This document shows, one piece after another, positions 39,636 to 50,875 of a DNA stretch of 64,000 nt. The notes beneath the pieces were generated by a model. It saw only the letters and a program-made list of their open reading frames with translations. It searched no databases and was not told where the DNA came from. This DNA comes from an uncultured delta proteobacterium (GTDB lineage: Bacteria; Desulfobacterota; Zymogenia; Zymogenales; Zymogenaceae): assembly GCA_963792965.1 (NCBI GenBank), contig CAWBYW010000005.1, positions 33,064 through 97,063 on the forward strand, written 5' to 3'. How positions within the stretch are numbered: the first letter of the stretch is position 1; the number at the start of each line of letters is the position of its first letter. Position numbers and translations under genes: made by a program.

Positions 39636-41495
39636 ATGATTACGATTTTTGACACCATGAAAGAAGACAGCTACACACAGTACAAGATTTTCGGCCCCGT
39701 TGTCATCCTTTTGCTCCTGGCCTGGCTGCCGTCCTCGTGCGGAAAGCCGGAGGAGCAGATGGACCAGAAGCTGGTCGACAGCTACCTTGCCGCCGAAGCG
39801 CTCTTTTCGGACAAGAACTATATCGAGGCCAAAAAGGCATACGAGCAAATCCTCGAAAAGGACCCGAAAGAATACAAGTCCCTCACCCGGATGGGCGAGA
39901 TCTCCCGCATCCTCATGGATAATGACGGCGCGCTGGCCTACCTGAAGAAAGCCACGAAATACGGTGAGGATTACATACCCGCCTACATCGATATGGGTGA
40001 AATCTACATGGACCTCCAGGAGTGGGACAAGGCCATCGATGCGTACGACCAGGTCCTTGATATCTCGCCCAACAACTACGATGCCCTGGGCAGGATCGGA
40101 GATATCTACTACAGGCAGGGAAAGGTCGAAAAGGCCGAGAAGTATTTCAAGAAGGCAACCAAGATCAAGTCGAATCATTTTATCTCTTGCTACGACATGG
40201 GGAGGATCTGTTTTAGTCGGAAAGACTATGCGGACTCCTGCGACTATTTCCTGAACGCCGTGAAATCGGACCCGACAAGCTTCGACGCAAGCTACAACCT
40301 CGGACTTGCCTACTTTCACCTCAATCGATACGACGAGGCGATCGGGTTCTTCGGGCGCGCCATGAAGATTGACCCGAACAGGGTTGAGCCCTATTACGCC
40401 ATGGGGCACTGTCTGATGCTCATGGAGATCTACGATGAAGCCGAGGAGTGGTATAACAAGGCGCTTGAAATCGAGCCGGGCCTCTATCAGGCTTACAACG
40501 ATCTCGGCCTCATTAACATGGAGACCGCCCTGTTGACCGACGCGGAGGCCAACTTCCGAAAGTCCCTCGAGATCGAGCCGAACTACTTTGACGCCAACTT
40601 CAACCTCGGCAAACTCTACTACGACGAGGATCAGCTTGATCGGGCCGACGCGTACCTCTCCCGCTCTTTGAGGATCAACGCGACCAGCCCCGAGGCCCTC
40701 AAGTATCTCGTCATGACCCGGATCAAGCTCGGGAAGGCCGAGGGCGCTCTCCCCATCCTGAAGGAAGCCATCAAGGCATCGCCGGAAGACCCCCAGCTCT
40801 ATGTCAGCCTCGGCAACCTATACAAGACGACCGGCAACTATAAGGAGGCGCTCGACAGCTTCGACAAGGCCATCGACCTCAACGAAAAGGAGGCGGACGC
40901 CTACGTCGGAATCGGAGACACCTATCTGAAGAAGGGCGACAAGGAAAAGGCCGAGAAGGCCTACGGCAGGGCGGTGGAGCTTGACCCCACCTCTTATGAG
41001 CCCTACCTCAACATGGCCGTCATGTACCGTGAGTCCGGGGACGTCGAGAAAGCCAAGACGGCATTGAGGCGTGTCATCGCAATCAAGCCCGACCTCCACG
41101 AGATCTATGTCGACCTTGCCGAGCTGATCCTCTCGGCCGACAGCGAAACGAACAAGACCCACGTCAAAGACCTCGACGAGGCCCTCGATCTCGTCAACAC
41201 ATCGCTCAAGGCCTACCACGGATACGGGCGCGGACACGAGGTAAGGGGGAGGATCCTGTTGGCGATGGGAAAGAAGGACGAGGCGATAACCGAGCTCAAG
41301 CTGGCCCTGAAGTACGACCCTGCCGACTCGAACGCGAAGAGCCTCCTGACCACTCTCTCTCCGAAGGATCTGACGAACATCGATAATACTCCGGACAAAG
41401 ACGCCGATGAGCTTGGTCAAACGAATCCTGATGAAGACGGCATCATTGTTGTTGACCCTAAGAAGAAAAACGAAGAGACAAAAGTTTTACCATAG
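39636..41495 (+). CDS. Multi-TPR protein, probable lipoprotein
   Basis: Hydrophobic leader ending SSC; many TPR repeats (YNLGLAYF, YNDLGLI, FNLGKLY); alternative start 39657. Confidence 0.85.
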   Translation: MITIFDTMKEDSYTQYKIFGPVVILLLLAWLPSSCGKPEEQMDQKLVDSYLAAEALFSDKNYIEAKKAYEQILEKDPKEYKSLTRMGEISRILMDNDGALAYLKKATKYGEDYIPAYIDMGEIYMDLQEWDKAIDAYDQVLDISPNNYDALGRIGDIYYRQGKVEKAEKYFKKATKIKSNHFISCYDMGRICFSRKDYADSCDYFLNAVKSDPTSFDASYNLGLAYFHLNRYDEAIGFFGRAMKIDPNRVEPYYAMGHCLMLMEIYDEAEEWYNKALEIEPGLYQAYNDLGLINMETALLTDAEANFRKSLEIEPNYFDANFNLGKLYYDEDQLDRADAYLSRSLRINATSPEALKYLVMTRIKLGKAEGALPILKEAIKASPEDPQLYVSLGNLYKTTGNYKEALDSFDKAIDLNEKEADAYVGIGDTYLKKGDKEKAEKAYGRAVELDPTSYEPYLNMAVMYRESGDVEKAKTALRRVIAIKPDLHEIYVDLAELILSADSETNKTHVKDLDEALDLVNTSLKAYHGYGRGHEVRGRILLAMGKKDEAITELKLALKYDPADSNAKSLLTTLSPKDLTNIDNTPDKDADELGQTNPDEDGIIVVDPKKKNEETKVLP

Positions 41496-41522
41496 AACGA
41501 AACATAAAGAGAGGAGGAGACC

Positions 41523-42176
41523 ATGATGAGATATATGAAGCTGTCGCTCGCGTTGCTCGCGATGTTTCTCCTGGTTTCGTGCGCCCCGACCCTGATTCCC
41601 GTTCCGGTCTCGGAGGGGACGGCGAACGTCAAGGCAAGGAGCCTCACCCTATCGAAGGGAAACATTACCATGATCGTCTATGCCGATGCATGGAAGTCTG
41701 ATCCGATCGAGGTGCGGGATAATTTTACCCCGTTTTACCTCACGGTTCAAAACGGCACCGGTAAAGACATCCTCATAAACGAAGACTCGATACTGATGTA
41801 CGACGAGAATAACACCCAGTACGGGGTGGTCAAAGCGGAGGCCGTCGACCGGGCTGTCTCCAGCTATTACTCCTATCCTCCGGTCGTCTTCTACGGGGGA
41901 GGTTACCCGTGGTGGGGCGGATGGGGATGGGGCGGATTTGGATGGGGAGGGGGCATCGGTTTCTACGGGGACTACCCGTACGGCGGCCGTTACAGCTCCG
42001 ATGTGATCCCCATGAGCTATCGGTTCGGTCCGGTCACCGCGGGGGCGCGTACCGCCGGGTTTATCTATCTCCAGAATCTGCCGTCCTCGGCCCGGGAAGT
42101 GACGCTGACGATAACGCCCCTGCTTTCGACGGGAAAGGGGATTACCTTTACGTTCCCGTTCATCGTCGAACAGTAG
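41523..42176 (+). CDS. Hypothetical lipoprotein
   Basis: Lipobox LVSC; GGAGGAG RBS; Gly/Trp/Tyr-rich internal segment. Confidence 0.75.
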   Translation: MMRYMKLSLALLAMFLLVSCAPTLIPVPVSEGTANVKARSLTLSKGNITMIVYADAWKSDPIEVRDNFTPFYLTVQNGTGKDILINEDSILMYDENNTQYGVVKAEAVDRAVSSYYSYPPVVFYGGGYPWWGGWGWGGFGWGGGIGFYGDYPYGGRYSSDVIPMSYRFGPVTAGARTAGFIYLQNLPSSAREVTLTITPLLSTGKGITFTFPFIVEQ

Positions 42177-42247
42177 AGACGGCCGACGCGCGAGCGCCCA
42201 CCTATAGGCGGCTCGGGCGGGGCGAGGTCCCAGGCCAGGGAGGCCGG

Positions 42248-43000
42248 ATGGACTATCACGATATCTCGGTTTTCCGCGACGGTGGCGTGGCCGAGGTCAT
42301 GCTATCGCGGCCGAAGGCGATGAATGCCCTTTCGATGCGCCTTCGGGATGAGTTGGAAGACTTTCTCGGAGGGGTCGGAAACGACCCCTCCGTCGATCTC
42401 ATCCTGCTAACCGGGGGCGCGGACGTCTTCTCGGCCGGCTTCGACCTCAAGGAAGCCGTCCAGACGCATCTCGGCTCCTTCCGCCATCGTATCCTTGAGT
42501 TTCACGAGGCGATCTACAAGACAAAGAAGTTCGTGATCACCGCCGTTTCCGGCATCGCCCTGGCAGGGGGCTTTGATCTCGCGCTGGCCGGCGACCTCAT
42601 CTGGGCATCAGAGTCGGGCTCCTTCGGCCACGTTGAGGTCAATTTCCGGATCAATCCCCTCGTCTTCCCCTTGATCAAGCGGGTAGGCATAGCGCGGGCG
42701 GTCGAGCTCTGCGCTACCGGAAGGGTCGTTGTCGCCGATGAGGCGCGCTCTCTTGGGATCGTCAACGAAATCCTCCCCCATGAAGATTTCACCGCCTCGG
42801 CAAGGAAGAGGGCCGCCGAGATCGCACGGATAGGGGGAAGGACCCTTTCGGGAATCAAGGAGTCCTCGATATCCAGCCTCCCCTGCGACATCACCCAATC
42901 CCTCAAATACGAGTTCTCCATCACGGAACAGCTCCTTGCCGAGGGTGAGATCTATGACCGGCTCGTCGGCTATCTCACGTCGATCGGCCTCATGAAGTGA
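42248..43000 (+). CDS. Enoyl-CoA hydratase/isomerase family protein
   Basis: LSRPKAMNALS, FSAGFDL, AVSGIALAGG; GGGAGG before ATG 42248. Confidence 0.85.
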   Translation: MDYHDISVFRDGGVAEVMLSRPKAMNALSMRLRDELEDFLGGVGNDPSVDLILLTGGADVFSAGFDLKEAVQTHLGSFRHRILEFHEAIYKTKKFVITAVSGIALAGGFDLALAGDLIWASESGSFGHVEVNFRINPLVFPLIKRVGIARAVELCATGRVVVADEARSLGIVNEILPHEDFTASARKRAAEIARIGGRTLSGIKESSISSLPCDITQSLKYEFSITEQLLAEGEIYDRLVGYLTSIGLMK

Positions 43001-43079
43001 CCGCCCACAGCCGACGGCAACACGGCTTTTATAATACCCGAGACCAATTCCAAATATCTATTCGCATGGTTTTTCATCA

Positions 43080-43108
43080 TTGACAAAGTGTCGCCGCAGG
43101 GCTATCCT
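43080..43108 (+). promoter_or_regulatory. Sigma70 promoter
   Basis: TTGACA-N17-TATCCT upstream of pncB. Confidence 0.55.
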
Positions 43109-43141
43109 ACGTCATCACGATGACCCTATCGAAGGTATAGC

Positions 43142-44305
43142 ATGATCTACACTCTCACCGAAGACGAGATACGAGCGGGCAAGGTCACCGATATCTACTT
43201 CATCCGCACAAAACAAATACTCGATAAGAAGAACATCAAGCGGCGCGTCGTCGCCGAGGTCTTCGCAAAGGCGCTCCCCAGGCACTGGGAATGGGCGGTG
43301 TTGTGCGGCCTGGAGGAGGTGATCGACCTGTTGTCGTCCCATGACGTGACGGTGAGGTCGCTCCCCGAAGGGTCAATTTTCTATCCGGGCCAGCCCGTGC
43401 TCGAGATCGAGGGGGAGTATACGGACTTCGGCATCCACGAGACGGCCATCCTCGGTTTTCTCTGCCAGGCGACCGGCATCGCGACGATGGCGGCGCGCTG
43501 CCGTGTCGCGGCCGGCGATCGGCCGCTGCTCTCCTTCGGCGCCCGGAGGATGCACCCGGCGGTCGCCCCGATGATCGATCGCGCCGCCTACATCGGCGGC
43601 TGTGACGGCGTAAGCTCCGTGGCCTCGGCCGAGAAGCTCGGGCTCGTTCCCTCCGGGACGATGCCCCACGCCCTTATCCTGATCCTCGGCGACACGGTGG
43701 ATGCCGCACGGTCGTTCAACGAGATCATTGATAAGGCGGTCAACCGCATCGTCTTGATCGACACCTTCAACGACGAAAAGTTCGAGGCACTCAGCGTCGC
43801 CGAGGCGCTCGGAAAGGACCTCTTCGGTATCCGGCTGGACACCCCCGGCTCCCGGCGGGGCAACTTTAGGGAGCTCTTGTCCGAGGTACGCTGGGAGCTA
43901 AACCTGCGCGGATATTCCCACGTCAAGCTCTTTGCCAGCGGCGGGCTAAACGAATATTCCATAAAGGAGCTCAACGGCGTCTGCGACGCCTACGGCGTCG
44001 GCACATCGATATCGAGCGCCGTTACGGTCGATTTTTCGTTTGATATCGTCGAGATTGAGGGAGCGCCGATCGCAAAGCGCGGTAAGAAGTCCGGGAGAAA
44101 GGACCTCTTTGCCTGCCCGAAGTGCGCCGGGCATTTCGTCGCCCCGACGGGCGAGAAGCCCGACTGCCCCTGCGGCGGCAAGCCCACACCGCTGTTGAAG
44201 ACCTACGTCCCCAAAGAGGCGATCAAGAAGTACCCGTCACCGCACGATATTCGCGCGTTCGCACAAAAGGAGCTCAAGAAGTTCTCTCCCGACGACCTGA
44301 AGTAG
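43142..44305 (+). CDS. pncB: Nicotinate phosphoribosyltransferase (archaeal-like type with C-terminal Cys motif)
   Basis: TDIYFIRT, SFGARRMHP, GTMPHAL, RLDTPGSRRG, ASGGL, YGVGT, AKRGK. Confidence 0.88.
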   Translation: MIYTLTEDEIRAGKVTDIYFIRTKQILDKKNIKRRVVAEVFAKALPRHWEWAVLCGLEEVIDLLSSHDVTVRSLPEGSIFYPGQPVLEIEGEYTDFGIHETAILGFLCQATGIATMAARCRVAAGDRPLLSFGARRMHPAVAPMIDRAAYIGGCDGVSSVASAEKLGLVPSGTMPHALILILGDTVDAARSFNEIIDKAVNRIVLIDTFNDEKFEALSVAEALGKDLFGIRLDTPGSRRGNFRELLSEVRWELNLRGYSHVKLFASGGLNEYSIKELNGVCDAYGVGTSISSAVTVDFSFDIVEIEGAPIAKRGKKSGRKDLFACPKCAGHFVAPTGEKPDCPCGGKPTPLLKTYVPKEAIKKYPSPHDIRAFAQKELKKFSPDDLK

Positions 44306-44440
44306 TCGCCGGTCCCGTACTCCGGAGACGCCTGTATCGGGCGAAATTAGAGAGGGCCACATTTGCTCGCCCGGCAGCTTAAGCTCGGAGAGTAACGATG
44401 TGGATTCACGATATGCCATCTCCATCCCCGGATAATATAA

Positions 44441-44471
44441 GGCCGATCGAGGAACTGATACTCGATCGGCC
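44441..44471. terminator. Hairpin between convergent pncB and glpD
   Basis: GGCCGATCGAG-N9-CTCGATCGGCC, perfect 11-bp stem. Confidence 0.5.
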
Positions 44472-44493
44472 CGTCTTTGAGAGGGACTTACCT

Positions 44494-46183
44494 TTATGCC
44501 TTCGTCACATCCTTTAACGGCGGGATCTCACCGTCCTTCTTGATCGACAGGTAGTAGGTCTTGACCCAGCGGATCTCCTTCCCCTTCTGCACGTCGCTCC
44601 AGTCAAGCAGCTTCCCCATGATATCGGCGCACTTCTTGATCGCCGCGTCTCCCGGGTCTCCGATGGTGCCCAGCCCCGTCCTGCGGAAGACCACGTCATC
44701 CAGGTGCAGCGCCATCTCGTCGGTGACGGCATAGACCACCTGGGCGGCGATATCGGGCCGGTTCTTGGTGATCTTTTCTTTGAGCGACTCATCCTTTTCG
44801 GCGACAACCAGCACCCTCCCATGCTCCGTCCCATGCAGTGAGATGAGGTTCTCGATAACCTCCCTCGGATATTTCCTGGCGTGCTTCTTGGTCTCTTTTT
44901 CGAGGTACCGTCTCAAAGGTCCGATGCCGCCGTCATACAGCGGCGTCGAGTCGGTCATGCACTCCACCGGCTCCTTACCGATCTTCGTATAGACGATGTC
45001 CACCACCTGGCGGGCGAGGTTTCGGGAGGTCGTGAATTTTCCTCCGATGACCGTCACGATGCCCTTGACCTTGTCGTCCTTCTCATGGTCGTAGATCTCG
45101 TATTTACGCGAGGCGTCATAGACGTCCACGTCGGTGTCCTTCTCGACGATCGGACGAAGCCCTCCGTAGAAGTAAACGACGTCCTTCCGTTTGAGCTTTC
45201 CCCCCGGGAAGTTCTCGTTGGTCTCGTTCACGAGCCCCATGATGTCCTCTTCCGATACCTTGAAATGATCCGGGTCCCCCTTGTAAACCCTGTCGGTGGT
45301 CCCGATCAGGGAATGGCCCCGCCACGGGATAATGAAGAAGTGCCTCCCGTCCTTCGTGCGCAAGACGACGCTGTAGTCCTTTGTCAGCCGTCGGGTGACC
45401 AGATGGATCCCCTTCGAGCGGATGAGCTTGGTCTCCACCTTCTTCTGGTGGAGCATCCCCAGCGTGATATCGCCCCACGGCCCGGTGACGTTGACGGTGA
45501 CCTTGCCGGAAATGTTGTGCTCGCGGCCGTCGTTGCGGTCACGGACCCTGACGCCGGTGACGGTGTTGCGCTTCTTGAGGAAGTCGATCACCATCGCGTA
45601 GTTCGCCATGTCCGCACCGTAGTCCGCCGCCGACTGTATGAAATCCAGCACGAGCCGGTCGGGGTAGGCCATCTGGCAGTCGTAATAGATCGCCCCGCCG
45701 TTCAGCCCCTCGGTGCCGATGCCCGGGACCAGCTTCTTGACCTGGGCCGATGAGAGCATCTTGTGGTTCGGGATACGCTTGTCTTTATCCTCGAGGTCTT
45801 CCTTGTCGTAGGCAAGCATGTCATAGACCGTGAGCGCCGCCTGCATCGGGAGGCGGCTCTCCATCCCGTGCCCGTAGAGCGGCATGATAAAGGGCATCGG
45901 GGATACGATGTGCGGCGCGATCACCTCCATGATCCGCCTCTCGGAAAGCGATTCGCGCACGAGGCCGAGCTCGAAGTTCTTGAGGTAGCGAAGCCCCCCG
46001 TGGATCAGCTTGGAGGTGGCGGAGCTCGGTGGCGTGGGAAAAGTCGTCTTTCTCCAACAAACAGACCGAGATGCCCCTGAGGCTCGCGTCCCAGGCCACC
46101 GCCGCGCCCGTGATACCGCCGCCGATAATGATCATGTCATATTGCTTCTTCGCCATCTTCTCGATATCTCGTATCATATCCAC
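44494..46183 (-). CDS. glpD: FAD-dependent glycerol-3-phosphate dehydrogenase/oxidase, frameshift ~46025
   Basis: IIGGGITG...EKDDF..AT[S]SATSKLIHGGLRYL, KGIHLV, LIGTTD, GLRP, GGKFTT. Confidence 0.85.
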
Positions 46184-46430
46184 CTCACCATTTAGGGTAT
46201 CGCGTCCTTACCATGCCGCCGAGCGCCCCTATAATCGGGGACGTGGCCCTGTCCTCTTTCCCGCGCGTCGTCTTCTCTCTTACTATAGTATCCCAAGAGG
46301 ACCGATATATCAAGGGGATAGTTGACGGATGATGATGTGCCCCTTCACGTGCCGCCCGTCCGGATGGCCGTCCCGCCGCGGTACGGGGCCGCCGGGACAA
46401 CAAAAAAGGCGCGGACAAATAATAAAATTG

Positions 46431-46459
46431 TTGCATGTCGGGATAATTTCATTTAAAAT
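46431..46459 (+). promoter_or_regulatory. Sigma70 promoter
   Basis: TTGCAT-N17-TAAAAT upstream of the ferredoxin gene. Confidence 0.6.
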
Positions 46460-46498
46460 GGAGATTCATGGTTTGAAGTCTACGAAAGGAGGTTTACC

Positions 46499-46675
46499 GT
46501 GGCCTACAAGATTACCGACGAGTGCATTATGTGCGGTTCCTGCGAATCGGAATGCCCCGTCTCCGCCATCAGCGAGGGCGAAGATAAATATAAGATCGAC
46601 CCCTCCGTCTGCTCGGATTGCGGCTCCTGCGCCGACGTCTGCCCGGTGGACGCGTGTGTTCCAGCCGAGGAGTAA
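46499..46675 (+). CDS. fdx: 2x[4Fe-4S] ferredoxin (58 aa; absent from the ORF track)
   Basis: Translated by hand: MAYKITDECIMCGSCESECPVSAISEGEDKYKIDPSVCSDCGSCADVCPVDACVPAEE; AAAGGAGG RBS. Confidence 0.93.
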   Translation: MAYKITDECIMCGSCESECPVSAISEGEDKYKIDPSVCSDCGSCADVCPVDACVPAEE

Positions 46676-46697
46676 CGACTGTGGCCGGATCGCCTGA

Positions 46698-48040
<1,343 letters not shown>

Positions 48041-48041
<1 letters not shown>

Positions 48042-48511
48042 TGACTTCCCCCGGTATCCTAACGAGAGACGACCTGGACAAGTTCAAATTCAAGGTGACC
48101 GACCGGGTCATGATGTCCCAGACCGACCAGGAAGGTATCGTCAACAACATCAGCTTCTTCATCTATCTCGAAAAGGCCAGGTTTGAGTACTTCCGAAGTC
48201 TCGGGCTGAGGCTTGCAGATATCAAGAAGCACAATACCGGCATGGCGATGGTCGAGTCCGCGTGTAAGTTCCTTTCGCCGCTCTTCTTTGACGACGTGAT
48301 CGAGACATACGCCCGCATCGACTACCTCGGCGATTCGAGTTTTCACATGCAGTATCTCATCTTCGTCCCCGAGCGCGATGTTATCGCGGCCCAGGGGCAT
48401 ACCGTTTCCGTGTTCCTCGATTCCGTCACCCGAAAGACCAAGCTCATACCCCACGACTTTAAGGATAAGGTCGTTGCCTTCGAGGGGGATGGGAACATCA
48501 GGGTCAAATGA
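48041..48511 (+). CDS. Acyl-CoA thioesterase (YbgC/4HBT hotdog fold)
   Basis: QTDQEGIVNN..FFIYLEKAR, FLSPLFFDD; TAATG coupling to eno. Confidence 0.8.
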
Positions 48512-48623
48512 GACGACTATGCCGGGCGCGTCGATTCACCTCCCCCTCGGCCGTGGCGCCGGGACGGGCGGATGGATTTCGAGGCGCCTGTTCTTCCTTT
48601 GCTTAAGGGGTTAACCGAATCGT

Positions 48624-48788
48624 ATGTGGATTTATAGAGTCATCACCGTCAACGATAGCATCACCGATAACATCGAGGAGTACCTCGGCCAAGGGTGGGA
48701 GGTCGCAAGCGTCAACTTCATCCCGAGCGGATCGAGTATCCACTACGGGCCTTACTTCCGTATGCGCCTCGCTCTTGAAAAACGCTGA
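48624..48788 (+). CDS. Small protein (54 aa), DUF4177-like; absent from the ORF track
   Basis: MWIYRVITVNDSITDNIEEYLGQGWEVASVNFIPSGSSIHYGPYFRMRLALEKR (W.Y...GWEV...KR pattern); ends 9 nt before the next ATG. Confidence 0.6.
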   Translation: MWIYRVITVNDSITDNIEEYLGQGWEVASVNFIPSGSSIHYGPYFRMRLALEKR

Positions 48789-48797
48789 GCACCGCCC

Positions 48798-49952
48798 ATG
48801 ATCGCATCACGGACCGAAAGAATCAATCCCTTCATCGTCATGGACGTCCTTGAGCGTTGCCAGGAAATGGAGCGCTCCGGCCATAATATCATCCATCTCG
48901 AGGTGGGAGAGCCGGACTTCGACACCCCGGCCGTTATAAAGGAAGCGCTCGTCACGGCGCTCGGCCAGGGGAAGACCCGCTACTCTCATAGCCTCGGCGT
49001 CCTGGAGCTGAGAGAGGCGATCTGCCGGGATTACGCAAGTCGGTACGGCGTGACCGTATCACCCGATCAGGTGCTCGTCACCAGTGGAACGTCGCCCGCG
49101 ATGTTGCTGATCTTCTCCGCGCTCTTGAACCCCGGCGACGGGATCGTACTTGCCGACCCGGGCTACGCCTGCTACCCGAACTTCATCACCTATGTCGAGG
49201 CCGTCCCGCAATACGTCCCGGTCTTCGAGGACGCCGGCTTCCAATTCGATCCCGGCGACGTAAAGAAGCGCCTCGAGGGTTGGGTAAAGGCAATCCTGAT
49301 CAACTCGCCTTCCAACCCGACGGGCACACTCCTCTCCCCCGAGCGGATGAAGGAACTGGCGGCGCTCGGCGTTCCGATCGTTTCCGACGAGATCTATCAC
49401 GGTCTGGTCTACGAACAAAAGGAACACTCCATCCTCGAGTTCACCGATAACGCCTTTGTGATGAACGGCTTTTCTAAGCGGTACGCCATGACGGGCTGGC
49501 GCCTCGGCTACGCCATCGCCCCTAAGAAGTTCGTGCGGCCCATGCAGAAGATGCAGCAAAACTTCTTCATATCGGCCAATACCTTTGTCCAGTGGGCCGG
49601 GATCGCGGCCCTGACTTCGGCCGAGCCGGAAGTCGAGAAGATGCGGGGAATTTACGATACCCGCAGAAAATACATAGTCGGCGCGCTCAGGGACATCGGG
49701 TTCGGCATCGCGGTCGATCCCCATGGGGCTTTCTACGTCCTGGCCAACGCGAGACGGTTTACCGATGACTCGTATCGTTTCGCCTTCGAGATCTTAGAAG
49801 GGGCCAAGGTGGGCGTGACCCCGGGCATCGACTTCGGCGCCAATGCCGAGGGATACATCAGGTTCTGCTACGCGAACTCGCTGGAAAATATCGAGACGGC
49901 GATGAAAAGAATCGGCGCTTTCCTCGAAGGGTACCAAGCCCAAAAGCGATAG
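48798..49952 (+). CDS. PLP-dependent aminotransferase class I/II (aspartate aminotransferase-like)
   Basis: GEPDFDTP, NSPSNPTG, SDEIY, GFSKRYAMTGWRLG. Confidence 0.92.
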   Translation: MIASRTERINPFIVMDVLERCQEMERSGHNIIHLEVGEPDFDTPAVIKEALVTALGQGKTRYSHSLGVLELREAICRDYASRYGVTVSPDQVLVTSGTSPAMLLIFSALLNPGDGIVLADPGYACYPNFITYVEAVPQYVPVFEDAGFQFDPGDVKKRLEGWVKAILINSPSNPTGTLLSPERMKELAALGVPIVSDEIYHGLVYEQKEHSILEFTDNAFVMNGFSKRYAMTGWRLGYAIAPKKFVRPMQKMQQNFFISANTFVQWAGIAALTSAEPEVEKMRGIYDTRRKYIVGALRDIGFGIAVDPHGAFYVLANARRFTDDSYRFAFEILEGAKVGVTPGIDFGANAEGYIRFCYANSLENIETAMKRIGAFLEGYQAQKR

Positions 49953-49960
49953 TGTCCCCC

Positions 49961-50509
49961 TCACCGGCCGGCGAGGTGAAACCGCTCCTTGAGCTTCAGC
50001 ACGTTTCTCCCGTACCTTTCCAAGAAGAAGACCGCGACCCCGTTGATGACCCCCGTCCCCACCGCAAAGAGGAGGAAGGCCGGCAGGATCAGCAGGATCT
50101 CGCCGTGGCGGACGAAGAGGGCAAACGCGAGCAACACCTGGACGAGATTATTGACCCAGGCCCCCACCACGGAGATCCCCACGACCCCCAGCCCCTTCCC
50201 CTTGAGGAGGTCCAGGATGACGGACATCGAGATGAGCGCCGAGGCGCCGCCGCCGAGCCCAAGCACAAAGGTCGGCGAGAAGAGCTTGCCGATGAGGAGC
50301 GATCCCACGATGGTCCTGATGAGAAATATCACGAAGGCCGTTCCCGTCCCGAAAAAGAGGAGGGAAAAGAGGGTGATGATATGGGAGAAGCCGAACCGGA
50401 GCCACGGCGACGGGGACGGGATGAAGGACTCAACGGCGTAGATGACTACCGCCATCGCGGCCAGCAGCGCAACGATCACGAGCTTTCTGACGTCTTTCAC
50501 CGGGCTCAC
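49961..50509 (-). CDS. Gx transporter / heptaprenyl-PP synthase component I family membrane protein
   Basis: ESFIPSPSPWLRFGFSHI, GISVVGAWVNNLVQ, GTGVING; multiple TM helices. Confidence 0.8.
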   Translation of the reverse strand: MSPVKDVRKLVIVALLAAMAVVIYAVESFIPSPSPWLRFGFSHIITLFSLLFFGTGTAFVIFLIRTIVGSLLIGKLFSPTFVLGLGGGASALISMSVILDLLKGKGLGVVGISVVGAWVNNLVQVLLAFALFVRHGEILLILPAFLLFAVGTGVINGVAVFFLERYGRNVLKLKERFHLAGR

Positions 50510-50871
50510 CTCGAAATAAAGTCGGTCCCCTCGCTGTTATCGCCAAGGACCCGGATCATGACCCGGTTGGGGACGCAGACGGCGATCTCCCCGGCATCCC
50601 TGACCGGGGCAGAGCTGATGCATTTCTTATCGGCGCAGGGCGAGTCGATGAACCGTGCGCCGTGCTCGTCGATACGAATGGTCGTCCGGCCCAGTCTCCC
50701 CGAGACCGTGATATCGCCTGGCTGATCCATGGGGACCACGGCCACAGTCTCGCCCTCTACCTCTATCTGGACGAACGAGCCCTCGGGGGAAAGACGTTTT
50801 ATGGCGGGGTAGCTGACCGTCGACAGAATGATCAACACGATAATGAGGATTTTGTCGGCCCGTGTAAACAC
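50506..50871 (-). CDS. NusG domain II-containing membrane-anchored protein
   Basis: N-terminal TM (TRADKILII...), SPCADKKC...IAVCVPNRVMI; GTG at 50871. Confidence 0.82.
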   Translation of the reverse strand: MFTRADKILIIVLIILSTVSYPAIKRLSPEGSFVQIEVEGETVAVVPMDQPGDITVSGRLGRTTIRIDEHGARFIDSPCADKKCISSAPVRDAGEIAVCVPNRVMIRVLGDNSEGTDFISR

Positions 50872-50875
50872 CGTA

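Noticed and set aside
41909-42247. N-terminal extension of the enoyl-CoA hydratase ORF
   Set aside because: Overlaps the lipoprotein gene; the RBS and family N-terminus fit ATG 42248.
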